Source: a virus
Lineage: Duplodnaviria; Caudoviricetes
IMG/VR virus record: IMGVR_UViG_3300005689_000302
Location: 19,204 to 83,203 of that record
Strand: one strand, 5' to 3'
Length of the DNA stretch: 64,000 nucleotides
The notes under the pieces are model-generated. The model was not told the origin of the DNA. It was given only the letters and a program-made list of their open reading frames with translations, and ran no database searches. The translations under genes were made by a program, and so were the position numbers. This document shows, in pieces, positions 55,989 to 64,000 of the stretch (its first letter is position 1; each line of letters starts with the position of its first letter).

Positions 55989-57083
55989 ATGTCTGACAAA
56001 TCCAAAATCGAATGGACGGATGCAACTTGGAATCCAGTCCGCGGGTGCGAGAAGGTTTCTCCCGGCTGCCGCGGCTGCTATGCGATCCGCACGGCGCTGC
56101 GGTTCTCCGGGCCTGGTCAGCCGTATGAGGGCCTGGTAACGAGCGATCCGCCGAATTGGTCGGGCGTCGTGCGGTTCGTTCCCGAGAAGCTCGCCGAGCC
56201 GTACGAGTGGCGCCGGCCGCGGCTGATCTTCGTGAACAGCATGAGCGATCTGTTTCACGGCGCGGTGACGCGCGAACAGATTGCCGCCGTGTTTGGGGTC
56301 ATGGCGCTATGCGGGCATCATACCTTTCAAGTGCTTACCAAGCGGATCGAGCGAGCGGCGGCGCTGTTGCCGCGGTTGTCGCTCGACGAGTGCCTTGACG
56401 CTGTGGCGGCAAGCGGGGCGCCGTTCCGATCGGCCAAAGCGTCTCGAGCGGTCGCCGAGGAAATGCGCAAGCTCGGGCGGGATCCAAGCGCGGAAGAATG
56501 GCCGCTGCCAAACGTCTTTGTCGGGCCGTCGATCGAGAATCAGGAAACGGCGGATGAGCGGATGCCGCACGCCTGCAGGATCGCCCAGGCGGGTTGGCGG
56601 GTGATGGTGTCGGCCGAGCCGATGCTCGGGCCGATCGATTTGCGGCTGTCTTCGGGCGGCGTCCCGCTCAATTCATTTGGCGTGCCGGTTGGCCCTTGCG
56701 GTTATTACTGCGATGAGCGGGTCGGTCATGTCGACCATCAGTCGCAGCGCATCTCCTGGCTGATCGTCGGCGGCGAATCGGGAGACGACGCGCGGCCGCT
56801 GCATCCGCAATGGGCGCGTTCGCTACGCGATCAATGCGCGGCGGCGGGCGTGCCGTTTCTCTTCAAGCAATGGGGCGAATGGGCGCCAGCGCTCGATCAC
56901 GACGTCGGCGCCGCGCGGGAAGTGCGGTTCATGTCGCAAGACGGTAGCTATGTGCCGCACGCGTCGGGCCTCGGCAAGCCGAGCGTGGCGTTTGTCGCGC
57001 GCGTCGGCAAAGCCAAGGCCGGCCGACTGCTCGACGGCCGCGAGCACAACGAGTTTCCCAGCGTGGGGGCGGTGACGGCATGA
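55989..57083 (+). CDS. DUF5131 / phage Gp37Gp68 family protein
   Basis: SKIEWTDATWNPVRGCEKVSPGCRGCYA, IFVNSMSDLFH, FQVLTKR, WLIVGGESG, PFLFKQWG. Confidence 0.9.
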   Translation: MSDKSKIEWTDATWNPVRGCEKVSPGCRGCYAIRTALRFSGPGQPYEGLVTSDPPNWSGVVRFVPEKLAEPYEWRRPRLIFVNSMSDLFHGAVTREQIAAVFGVMALCGHHTFQVLTKRIERAAALLPRLSLDECLDAVAASGAPFRSAKASRAVAEEMRKLGRDPSAEEWPLPNVFVGPSIENQETADERMPHACRIAQAGWRVMVSAEPMLGPIDLRLSSGGVPLNSFGVPVGPCGYYCDERVGHVDHQSQRISWLIVGGESGDDARPLHPQWARSLRDQCAAAGVPFLFKQWGEWAPALDHDVGAAREVRFMSQDGSYVPHASGLGKPSVAFVARVGKAKAGRLLDGREHNEFPSVGAVTA

Positions 57084-57331
57084 ACAAATACGAACGGGCA
57101 ATTACCTCGATCAAAGGCGGCGCCTCGATCGCGGTTGACGTCTACTGCGTTCTGGAAGCGTTCCGGGTGACGTGCCCCGCCCGCCAGCACGCCATCAAGA
57201 AGCTGCTCTGCGCCGGCCTTCGGGACAAAGGAACGGCTGAACAGGATTTGCGCGAGTCATTAGCGGCGATCGAGCGGGCGATTGAGCTGGAAGCGTCGCG
57301 ACTCCATTTCATCGAAAGTACGACGCCATGA
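57080..57331 (+). CDS. DUF3310-like small protein
   Basis: VDVYCVLEAF..C...HAIKKLL.AG.R.KG...QDL.E. Confidence 0.6.
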   Translation: MNKYERAITSIKGGASIAVDVYCVLEAFRVTCPARQHAIKKLLCAGLRDKGTAEQDLRESLAAIERAIELEASRLHFIESTTP

Positions 57332-57828
57332 AACTCTTCGCCGTCAACCAAACCGAAGAATCCGACCTGAAAATCGGCCTCATCACCCGCTTCGACATTA
57401 AGGATCTGTCGAGCACGGAAACGTATATCCGCCGCTGGTCGCTGTGGCTGCCTTTCGGCTGGTCGCTCAAGCTGCACGCCATCGAGCAAGCGGACCACGA
57501 TCGCTGCGAGCATGACCACCCTTGGTGGTTTTGGCGGTTCGTCATGAGTGGCGGGTATTGGGAAACCGTCACCGACGCCGCGGGCCGAACGCGCGAAGTC
57601 TATCGACGCCCGGGATCACTGTCCTACTGCGGGCGGGCCTTTCGCCATCGGATCATCGAGCTGCCGAAGGGGCGGGCTTGGACGCTGCTCTTGTGCGGCG
57701 GCCGGCGGCGCGAGTGGGGATTCTTCACGAAAAGCGGCTGGGTGCCGTGGCGGAAGTTCGTCGCTGAGGCGCGCGAGCGTCGCGTGTCGTGGTGTGAAGA
57801 TGGGTATGAGGCGAAGGTGAAATCGTGA
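57328..57828 (+). CDS. Cupin-like phage protein
   Basis: LH....D.....HDHPW...SGGYWE...FRHRI. Confidence 0.65.
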   Translation: MKLFAVNQTEESDLKIGLITRFDIKDLSSTETYIRRWSLWLPFGWSLKLHAIEQADHDRCEHDHPWWFWRFVMSGGYWETVTDAAGRTREVYRRPGSLSYCGRAFRHRIIELPKGRAWTLLLCGGRRREWGFFTKSGWVPWRKFVAEARERRVSWCEDGYEAKVKS

Positions 57829-58280
57829 ACGTGCAACAGAAAACAGCTTTGGCCTATCCGTGCTACTTCGGCTTCGAAACGGCGCAGCGCCGCTACGGCT
57901 GGGTGCTCTCGCCGCGCGATCAAACGAGCCTCGTACTGACGGTGAATACTGGCTACGAGTGAATTGAAGAGGGATTCGGCGGGCCGGTCTGGCACGCCAG
58001 CGTAGCGGGGAATCAAAGCGAATCGCGTCTCGAACGCCTGGCGAGAAAGGCCCTCGAAGGCGTCGGCGATGCGACTCGCGGCGAATGGAAGGATTGGTCG
58101 GGCTATGCGATGCACCTGCGGCGACGGTTGTCGGAAAGCGAACAGCGGATCGTCGGCGACGCGATCGACCTGCGCGGCACGCCGGAAGGATTCGCACGGT
58201 TTGAAGCGATTTGCGGCCAGCTCGTGCCGCGGGCGGTGAAGGTGGCTTTGAAAGAACTAGGAGTAACAAACGATGGCTGA
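57825..58280 (+). pseudogene. 151-codon ORF with a single in-frame TGA (pseudogene or recoded gene)
   Basis: GTG 57825, TGA at 57960-57962, then the same frame stays open and protein-like (GPVWHASV...HLRRRL) to TGA 58278-58280. Confidence 0.6.
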
Positions 58281-58644
58281 AACGTTCGATCAATGGGCGC
58301 TCGTGGAAATCATGGGTCACGATCGCTACGCCGGCCGGGTGACGGAGCAAGTTATCGGCGGCTGCGCCTTCGTCCGCGTCGATGTGCCGGAAGTCGTCTC
58401 GGATCAACTCCTGCTCGATACGGGCAAGCCGGAAGTTATCGCGCCGGGGTTTTCCAAGCTCTTCGGGCAGGGGGCCATCTTCTCGATCACGCCGGTATCC
58501 GAGGAAATCGCGCGGAAGATGGCTGCCAGCTATCGGGCTTCGCCGATCAAGGCGTTTGAAATGCCGTCGGCGCCGCGGATTGGTTCGCGGTTTGGTGACG
58601 GATCGCGGAATTATGACGACTCCGAAGACGATCTTTACGGGTGA
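58273..58644 (+). CDS. Conserved phage hypothetical protein
   Basis: WALVEIMGH..YAGRVTE...FVRVDVP. Confidence 0.7.
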   Translation: MAETFDQWALVEIMGHDRYAGRVTEQVIGGCAFVRVDVPEVVSDQLLLDTGKPEVIAPGFSKLFGQGAIFSITPVSEEIARKMAASYRASPIKAFEMPSAPRIGSRFGDGSRNYDDSEDDLYG

Positions 58645-58647
58645 CGT

Positions 58648-59061
58648 ATGAAGCTCTCCAACCTCCCCATCTACGAAACCCACGCCCCCGAGTCGATCGG
58701 CGCTTGGGTGTCGCGGATCGTTCGCCGCAACCTGGCTGACTGGCCGCTGTGGCCGGGAGTCTGCTCGATCGCCGTCCATCACGACGCCCGGTCGATCGAG
58801 TATGTCGCCGGCCGGCCGCCGCGCCGCGATAAGAACGGCAAGCGGCTGCCGCCGAATCCGGAAGACACCTATTTCCGCTTCACGGTCGACGGCGACGGCT
58901 TTCTGCTGAGCGAAGCGCGGATTGCGATGTCGCAGCGCGGGCTGGGGAATGGGCAGGCGCTGTGGCGCTGCCTGACGGGCGTGGCGCGCGATCTGGGCGC
59001 GACGCGGTTGTCGATCAGCGATGAGGCGATTGAAGGGGTGAATGAAAGGGAGGGGGTATGA
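58648..59061 (+). CDS. Hypothetical protein
   Basis: Operon packing. Confidence 0.55.
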   Translation: MKLSNLPIYETHAPESIGAWVSRIVRRNLADWPLWPGVCSIAVHHDARSIEYVAGRPPRRDKNGKRLPPNPEDTYFRFTVDGDGFLLSEARIAMSQRGLGNGQALWRCLTGVARDLGATRLSISDEAIEGVNEREGV

Positions 59062-59795
59062 ACTGCTACCGCTGCAATTCGTGGCCGTGCGATTGTCGGG
59101 ATGGCTGCATGGTGATTCATGGTGATGGCGTTATCTCTTTGGCAGAGATGGAGAGCGAATCTGTTGCGACCATCTTTACCGACCCGCCATATTCAAGCGG
59201 AGCAAGGCAGACGGCGATGATGCGTTCTCGCGGATCCATGCGTCGCAAAGAGGGGCCGCACGCGAAATGGATTGGCGGTGACAACTTGAGTTCACACGGG
59301 TTTGCGATGCTCGTTCGTTTGTTCTCGGCTGAATGCTTTCGCGTGGCGCAAGTCGGCGCGCATCTGTTCTCGTTCATCGATTGGCGGCAATGGCCGACGC
59401 TCGCGGGGTCGATCGAGAGTTCGGGTTGGTCGATGCGATCGTGCTTAGTCTGGGATAAGCAATCGTTTGGGATGGGCAATGGCTTCCGCCAGCAAGCGGA
59501 GTTCGTCGTTCACGCCTCGAAAGGCGTCGCCGACAACTTCATTCGGCATGACTTGGGCACCGTTTTCTATTGTCGCCGCGATCAAGACGATCTGCACCCA
59601 ACCACCAAGCCGCTTTCGGTTGTTCGGGAAATGCTGAGCGCTGTGCCTGACGGGCGAATCCTGGATCCCTTCATGGGCAGCGGCACAACCCTTCGCGCCG
59701 CGAAAGATTTGGGGAGAAAAGCAATCGGCATCGAGATCGAAGAGCGCTACTGCGAGATTGCCGCGAAGCGATTGGAGCAGGAGGTGCTTTTCTAA
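59058..59795 (+). CDS. DNA N6-adenine/N4-cytosine methyltransferase (beta class)
   Basis: TDPPY precedes HPTTKP and [11 protein letters not shown]. Confidence 0.9.
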   Translation: MNCYRCNSWPCDCRDGCMVIHGDGVISLAEMESESVATIFTDPPYSSGARQTAMMRSRGSMRRKEGPHAKWIGGDNLSSHGFAMLVRLFSAECFRVAQVGAHLFSFIDWRQWPTLAGSIESSGWSMRSCLVWDKQSFGMGNGFRQQAEFVVHASKGVADNFIRHDLGTVFYCRRDQDDLHPTTKPLSVVREMLSAVPDGRILDPFMGSGTTLRAAKDLGRKAIGIEIEERYCEIAAKRLEQEVLF

Positions 59796-60166
59796 TGATC
59801 GCCCCCAAATTCACCCGCCAACGAAGCTGGACCAGCGGGGACGACGCCTTGCTGCTTGCCTCACTCGACTCGCTCACCGTCGATGAGCTGGCCGCCAAGC
59901 TGAACCGAACCGAGCAAGCGGTTCGCTCGCGGATCAACCACCTCGGCCGCTCCCTGCGCCGCGACGGGCCGCTGCCGGCGTATCAACAGTCCGACGCGGG
60001 CGCGGGATACATGCCGACGTCGGCGCAAATCGAAGCGGAATGCGTGAAGATTCGCGAAGGCTGGAATGAGACGTCGCTCGTCACGCGGATCGTCGATGAC
60101 CGAACCAGAGCGATCGTCGCCGGCGAATCGACGCCGCCGGTCTATTCGGAAAGGGATTGGCGATGA
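59795..60166 (+). CDS. Myb/GcrA-like HTH protein
   Basis: WTSGDDALL...ELAAKLNRTEQAVRSR. Confidence 0.65.
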   Translation: MIAPKFTRQRSWTSGDDALLLASLDSLTVDELAAKLNRTEQAVRSRINHLGRSLRRDGPLPAYQQSDAGAGYMPTSAQIEAECVKIREGWNETSLVTRIVDDRTRAIVAGESTPPVYSERDWR

Positions 60167-60309
60167 GTGCGGAGAACACGGCGCAGTTCGACGAATGGGA
60201 ATTGCCGATCGGCACGTGCGCCGACTGCGGCGCCGAGCTGTTCGCCGATGAGGACGACGGCTCGGGGTGCTGTACGGCGTGCCAGTGGGAACGGGAAGAA
60301 GAGGAATAG
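60163..60309 (+). CDS. Small Zn-ribbon protein (48 aa)
   Basis: CADC...CCTAC. ATGA overlap. Not in the ORF track. Confidence 0.5.
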   Translation: MSAENTAQFDEWELPIGTCADCGAELFADEDDGSGCCTACQWEREEEE

Positions 60310-60314
60310 CGACG

Positions 60315-60545
60315 ATGGCGAAAACAACCTGGCGCCCTGGACCAAAGCACGCCGAGCACGACGGCCAGCGGCCGGCCGGCACGATTTGGATATTGGCGAT
60401 CGACGACGGCGGTCGAAAGCTCTCGCGCCGCTACATCAACGATGCGAAGACGATGGGCGTCTGGTGGAAACGCGTGCGCTGGTGGATCCGCGAAGCGGAT
60501 TTGCCCGTCGATTTGCCCGAGGAACTGAGCCACCCCCGCCCCTGA
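60315..60545 (+). CDS. Hypothetical protein
   Basis: Operon packing. Confidence 0.5.
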   Translation: MAKTTWRPGPKHAEHDGQRPAGTIWILAIDDGGRKLSRRYINDAKTMGVWWKRVRWWIREADLPVDLPEELSHPRP

Positions 60546-60585
60546 CCATTCAACACCTTTCGACACTCTAAAAGAGGAAAAGCGC

Positions 60586-61122
60586 ATGCCCGCCCCGCTC
60601 GCCGCCAAGATGAACCGCCCGCCGGCCAAGCCGCCTGAGCAACCGTTGGATCCGCCGAAGAGCGTACAACTGCTTGAGGCTGCGATGGCCAAGCACAAGC
60701 ACAAGCACAAGCAGAAGCGGAAGAACAATTCCCCCAGCGCCCGCCGTTACAAGCTGCGGATGTACGATCGGATCGCCTGCCGCTCGCCGGAAGTCTTGTT
60801 GCGCACGATCGACGAGCGCGGCCTCGATGCGGAGCAATCGCTCGAGCTGCTCAAGACGTTCGCCAAGACGTTGCGGCGGATGGCGGAAAGCCACGACAAC
60901 GAACCGCCGTTTATCGACCGGGCGATGGCGCGGGCTTGTGAAGGGCTGGGGATCGAGCCGCCGGCGGCGTATGAAGCCAAGCGGCGAAGCAAACCCTGTC
61001 CCGATTGCGGCGGCTCGGGCGTCTTCAGCCGGGAAGCCGGCTCGATCGACGGGGTTTATTACGACGCGATCGATGGAGCCGACTGTGCGACCTGCGACGC
61101 CAGCGGGGAGGTCAACGCATGA
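60586..61122 (+). CDS. Hypothetical protein with a C-terminal DnaJ-type Zn motif
   Basis: CPDCGGSG...CATCDASG. Confidence 0.55.
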   Translation: MPAPLAAKMNRPPAKPPEQPLDPPKSVQLLEAAMAKHKHKHKQKRKNNSPSARRYKLRMYDRIACRSPEVLLRTIDERGLDAEQSLELLKTFAKTLRRMAESHDNEPPFIDRAMARACEGLGIEPPAAYEAKRRSKPCPDCGGSGVFSREAGSIDGVYYDAIDGADCATCDASGEVNA

Positions 61123-61676
61123 TGCACCAAGCCCTCTCCTGCGGTCCGGTCGTCAAACGGGAAACGCTCACGCTTTATCAGAGCGCCCTGGTGGGCGGTA
61201 AGGAGCGTTACGTCGATTTTCAGCAAGAGATTCTTTGGGTGCGCAAGTCCGAGAGTCAAATCTTTCTGACGCACCGCGGCGCGATCGTGGACGGGCTATC
61301 GACTTACAACGATTTCTACGGGTTCATGGCTTCGCCGATCAGCGCCCTCGGCGAAGTAGAGTCTCGCCGCAAGCTGCTCCATATCGAGATAGGCGACGTG
61401 CTTTGCCTGGAAGTGCGAACGAAGGTCGCCGATCAACCGCTCATCGCCGACGATACGAAAGACGGCCGGGAGTGGAACGCTACGGCCGACCGCAAGAAAT
61501 ACTTCCAAGCGGATCGGGAATGGCTCACCAAGCCGGGATTCGATCCGAAGTTCGGCTACTGGCGCCTGGAAGCCGCCGTCGTGGTCGAATCGGAGCTGGT
61601 GTACACAACCGCCGACGGCGACGAAGGGAAGATAGCGGCGTTTGTGGAGCGGATGAAAGCGGAGTTGCCGGCATGA
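61119..61676 (+). CDS. Hypothetical protein
   Basis: ATGA overlap. Confidence 0.6.
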   Translation: MMHQALSCGPVVKRETLTLYQSALVGGKERYVDFQQEILWVRKSESQIFLTHRGAIVDGLSTYNDFYGFMASPISALGEVESRRKLLHIEIGDVLCLEVRTKVADQPLIADDTKDGREWNATADRKKYFQADREWLTKPGFDPKFGYWRLEAAVVVESELVYTTADGDEGKIAAFVERMKAELPA

Positions 61677-62122
61677 AACCTACTAAACATCAATCCCGCG
61701 TGCTGGCCGCCCTGCTGGCCCTCGAACGCCGGCACGATTGGCTGTGGTGGGATCGCGATGCGATAGGATCGGTGGTAGGCGCCGGCGGCTATCACAACAC
61801 GATCCAAGTCTCGACGATCGCCCGCCTTAAAGACGATGGTCTGGTTCAATCCGAGCGATCGAGCTGGCCGATGGAAGTCGTCTCTCGTATTCGCTGCGGT
61901 TGCGGACTGCATCACTGGGGCCTGACCGAAAAGGGGCGATTGATCGCCGAAAGGCTGGTTATTCACTGGCCGGCGCACTCTCTCGAAGCGGTCGATCGGG
62001 TTTACCTGCGGCGATCTTTCGAAGATGAAGTCGAAAGAGCGGAGCGGATTGCTTCGCGCAGTCAAGAGCGGTTGGAGCAATATCGGCGGGCGGCGATGGT
62101 ACGTCCGGAGGAATGGGAATGA
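61673..62122 (+). CDS. Winged-HTH-like hypothetical protein
   Basis: STIARLKDDGLV...WGLTEKG. Confidence 0.5.
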   Translation: MKPTKHQSRVLAALLALERRHDWLWWDRDAIGSVVGAGGYHNTIQVSTIARLKDDGLVQSERSSWPMEVVSRIRCGCGLHHWGLTEKGRLIAERLVIHWPAHSLEAVDRVYLRRSFEDEVERAERIASRSQERLEQYRRAAMVRPEEWE

Positions 62123-62505
62123 GCAAGAACAAGTACAGCGGCGCCGGCCTGCGCGAGTTGTTTCAAAACAACTTCAATTGCTACGCCGACACGAAGGACG
62201 AATCGGTCGTCTTGGCGATGGATGAAGACAAGTTCGTCGAAGTGGTGAAGAAGCATTTAATCGGCCGGGAAGCGACGCTCGTTCGCAAGTCGATTTGGCG
62301 ACCTGGCGGCGCCCGCGGGGCGCATCCCCTCGAGGCTTACAACGCTGTGCTGATCGTCGCCTGGATTGCGGAGCTCGAAGGCCGACGCAACGAATTCGTG
62401 CTGCTCGACCGGCCGATGATCGAGAAGCCGGCGTTTTGGAAACGCGTCCATTTGTGGCTGCCGATCGGCAATACGATTCCAGCGGAGTTGAAACAATGGC
62501 CCTGA
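62119..62505 (+). CDS. Hypothetical protein
   Basis: ATGA overlap. Confidence 0.55.
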   Translation: MSKNKYSGAGLRELFQNNFNCYADTKDESVVLAMDEDKFVEVVKKHLIGREATLVRKSIWRPGGARGAHPLEAYNAVLIVAWIAELEGRRNEFVLLDRPMIEKPAFWKRVHLWLPIGNTIPAELKQWP

Positions 62506-62807
62506 ACGAAAACGATTCGCCCGGGTGGCGAAAGTTTGGAACGATGAACCGCGTCGCTCATTACTACATTGGCGGCCGGTCGATCTGCCGCTATCGGCAT
62601 GGATACGTTGTCGTCAATAACGGGACGATCAAGCCGCTGCCGGCTGGGGCGCAGTTTGACAAGTGCAAGGATTGCGAGCGGAAGATGGCGCGGCCGTCGG
62701 TCGCGCAGCGGATCGTCGATGGCTTGCGCGAATTTACTGAGGCGCTCGCCAGCGGCGAACCGATTGAGAAGCGGTTTCGATGCACTTCTATCAAGAGGCG
62801 GAAATGA
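62496..62807 (+). CDS. Small Zn-binding hypothetical protein
   Basis: AHYY..GRSIC...CKDC. Confidence 0.55.
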   Translation: MALNENDSPGWRKFGTMNRVAHYYIGGRSICRYRHGYVVVNNGTIKPLPAGAQFDKCKDCERKMARPSVAQRIVDGLREFTEALASGEPIEKRFRCTSIKRRK

Positions 62808-63181
62808 GCGACTTCGACCCCAACCCGAGCGAAGAGAGAAACGAAGAGCCCGTCGACAAGCCTTGCCGCGTCACGATCGAAATTGGACACGACATTACGC
62901 AGCGGGAGCGTCGCGTATGGGGAAGCGACAACGTGGCGATGGCGCTCGCGGATTGCATCGGGGATGCGAATTTACCGAGGCCGGCCCGGCTCGTGGCGCA
63001 AGTGGTGCGCGATCTATTTGAGGATGGGCGTATTGCTTTTCCCGACGAACTGCCCACCGATGAAATCTGGCTGGCGATCGACAAAGCGGAAATGGCGTTT
63101 AAGGACGCCGCTTATGGCGTGATGGAGGCGTGGGAGGCGCGGGATAAAGTAACGCACAGTTACCGTTCACAAGTTCCATGA
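62804..63181 (+). CDS. Hypothetical protein
   Basis: ATGA overlaps on both sides. Confidence 0.55.
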   Translation: MSDFDPNPSEERNEEPVDKPCRVTIEIGHDITQRERRVWGSDNVAMALADCIGDANLPRPARLVAQVVRDLFEDGRIAFPDELPTDEIWLAIDKAEMAFKDAAYGVMEAWEARDKVTHSYRSQVP

Positions 63182-63690
63182 AAACGCTTTTCGACAAATC
63201 CGACGCCCAATTCTCCCCCTGCCGAACCTGGCGATATGCCCTCTGGCGAACCTGGGATTGGCAAGGCCACGCGAACGTCTGCATGTTCATCGGCGTTAAT
63301 CCATCGACGGCCGACGAACGCAAGAACGATCCGACGGTCACGCGCTGCATCAACTTCGCGAAAAGCTGGGGCTACGGCGGCCTGATCATGATGAACCTCT
63401 TCGCCTTCCGGGCGACGAAGATTCGCGACTTGTGGAAAGCGGCCGATCCGATCGGACCGGGAAACGACGAAGCGTTCGGCTATCAATCCTCTCGCTGCGG
63501 GCTGATCGTGGCGGCCTGGGGCGCGAAGAGCGATCGGCGGATGGCGCCGCGGGCGGCTGTCATTCCGGGGCTGGTCGGCGGCCGGCCGCTGTATTGTTTG
63601 GGAAGGACGGCGGAAGGCCATCCGCTCCATCCGCTGTTTGTGCCTGGGGATCGGAAACCGGTGATTTATTCGGGGGGGATAGCAGCATGA
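63178..63690 (+). CDS. DUF1643 family protein
   Basis: FSPCRTWRY.L.R.W...NPSTADE..DPT..RC..FA..WGYGG...NLFA.RAT...HPL. Confidence 0.88.
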   Translation: MKTLFDKSDAQFSPCRTWRYALWRTWDWQGHANVCMFIGVNPSTADERKNDPTVTRCINFAKSWGYGGLIMMNLFAFRATKIRDLWKAADPIGPGNDEAFGYQSSRCGLIVAAWGAKSDRRMAPRAAVIPGLVGGRPLYCLGRTAEGHPLHPLFVPGDRKPVIYSGGIAA

Positions 63691-64000
63691 CGGCAACAAC
63701 GCACAAGGCGAAACGTCTCGACAAACTAACTGAGGCGCAAATCGCACGCTTCCCGGAATTCGTCGAAAAGTGGACTCGCATTGGCCTGTCGACCGATCCA
63801 GCCGACCGTCAGCGCGCCGAGGCCGGCATTCGACTGGCGTATCAGTGCGCCGGACTTGAACCGCCGAAAGCGATCGTCTGGTGTGGATCGCCTTTGTCTC
63901 AAGGACTGACTCGCGCGTTGGTTTTCGGTCTGAAAGACGTGGAGGTGAATATAGGGGCCAGCGTTGGGGACAGCGTTGGGGACAGCGTTCGGGCCAGCGT
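63687..64000 (+). CDS. DUF6745-like protein (3'-truncated by the window edge)
   Basis: KWTRIGLST.PADR..AE..I..AY..AGL..P...WCGSP followed by SV(G/R)(D/A) repeats. Confidence 0.7.
   Translation, partial: MTATTHKAKRLDKLTEAQIARFPEFVEKWTRIGLSTDPADRQRAEAGIRLAYQCAGLEPPKAIVWCGSPLSQGLTRALVFGLKDVEVNIGASVGDSVGDSVRAS

Noticed and set aside
63955-64000. Short tandem repeat AGCGTTGGGGAC
   Set aside because: Explained by SV(G/R)(D/A) peptide repeats of the DUF6745-like gene.

Overview
The whole window is one high-GC temperate tailed-phage genome segment. It starts inside the terminase large-subunit gene and ends inside a DUF6745-like gene. The host is inferred, not shown, to be a planctomycete. It appears to be the non-integrated form, because an intact attP-like tRNA-Glu(CUC) 3' fragment has phage genes on both sides. 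Layout: (1) 1-42 kb, + strand late region: terL with an intein hiding an out-of-frame HNH gene, a 2378-aa DUF935 portal fused to polyvalent-protein domains, a second polyprotein, Mu-like protease/scaffold, decoration protein, MCP, an antisense homing endonuclease, connector, tail tube, tail chaperone with a -1 frameshift, short tape measure, tail/fibre genes and a glycosylation module. (2) 42-46.2 kb, - strand early operon (Sak-like annealase, HD hydrolase) and an XRE repressor with five palindromic operators. (3) attP, tyrosine integrase and a + strand early/replication region. Best candidate for a new system (51.3-54.1 kb): a structured tracrRNA-like RNA with two anti-repeat segments, a 183-aa coiled-coil ORF, a CRISPR array (10 identical 36-nt repeats, 9 x 30-nt spacers) and a 410-aa Cas12f/TnpB-like protein with a degenerate RuvC and no Zn finger. 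There are no cas1/cas2 or tns genes, so this looks like a phage-borne, probably nuclease-dead, multi-guide type V system. All protein calls come from motifs read by eye; no database search was run.
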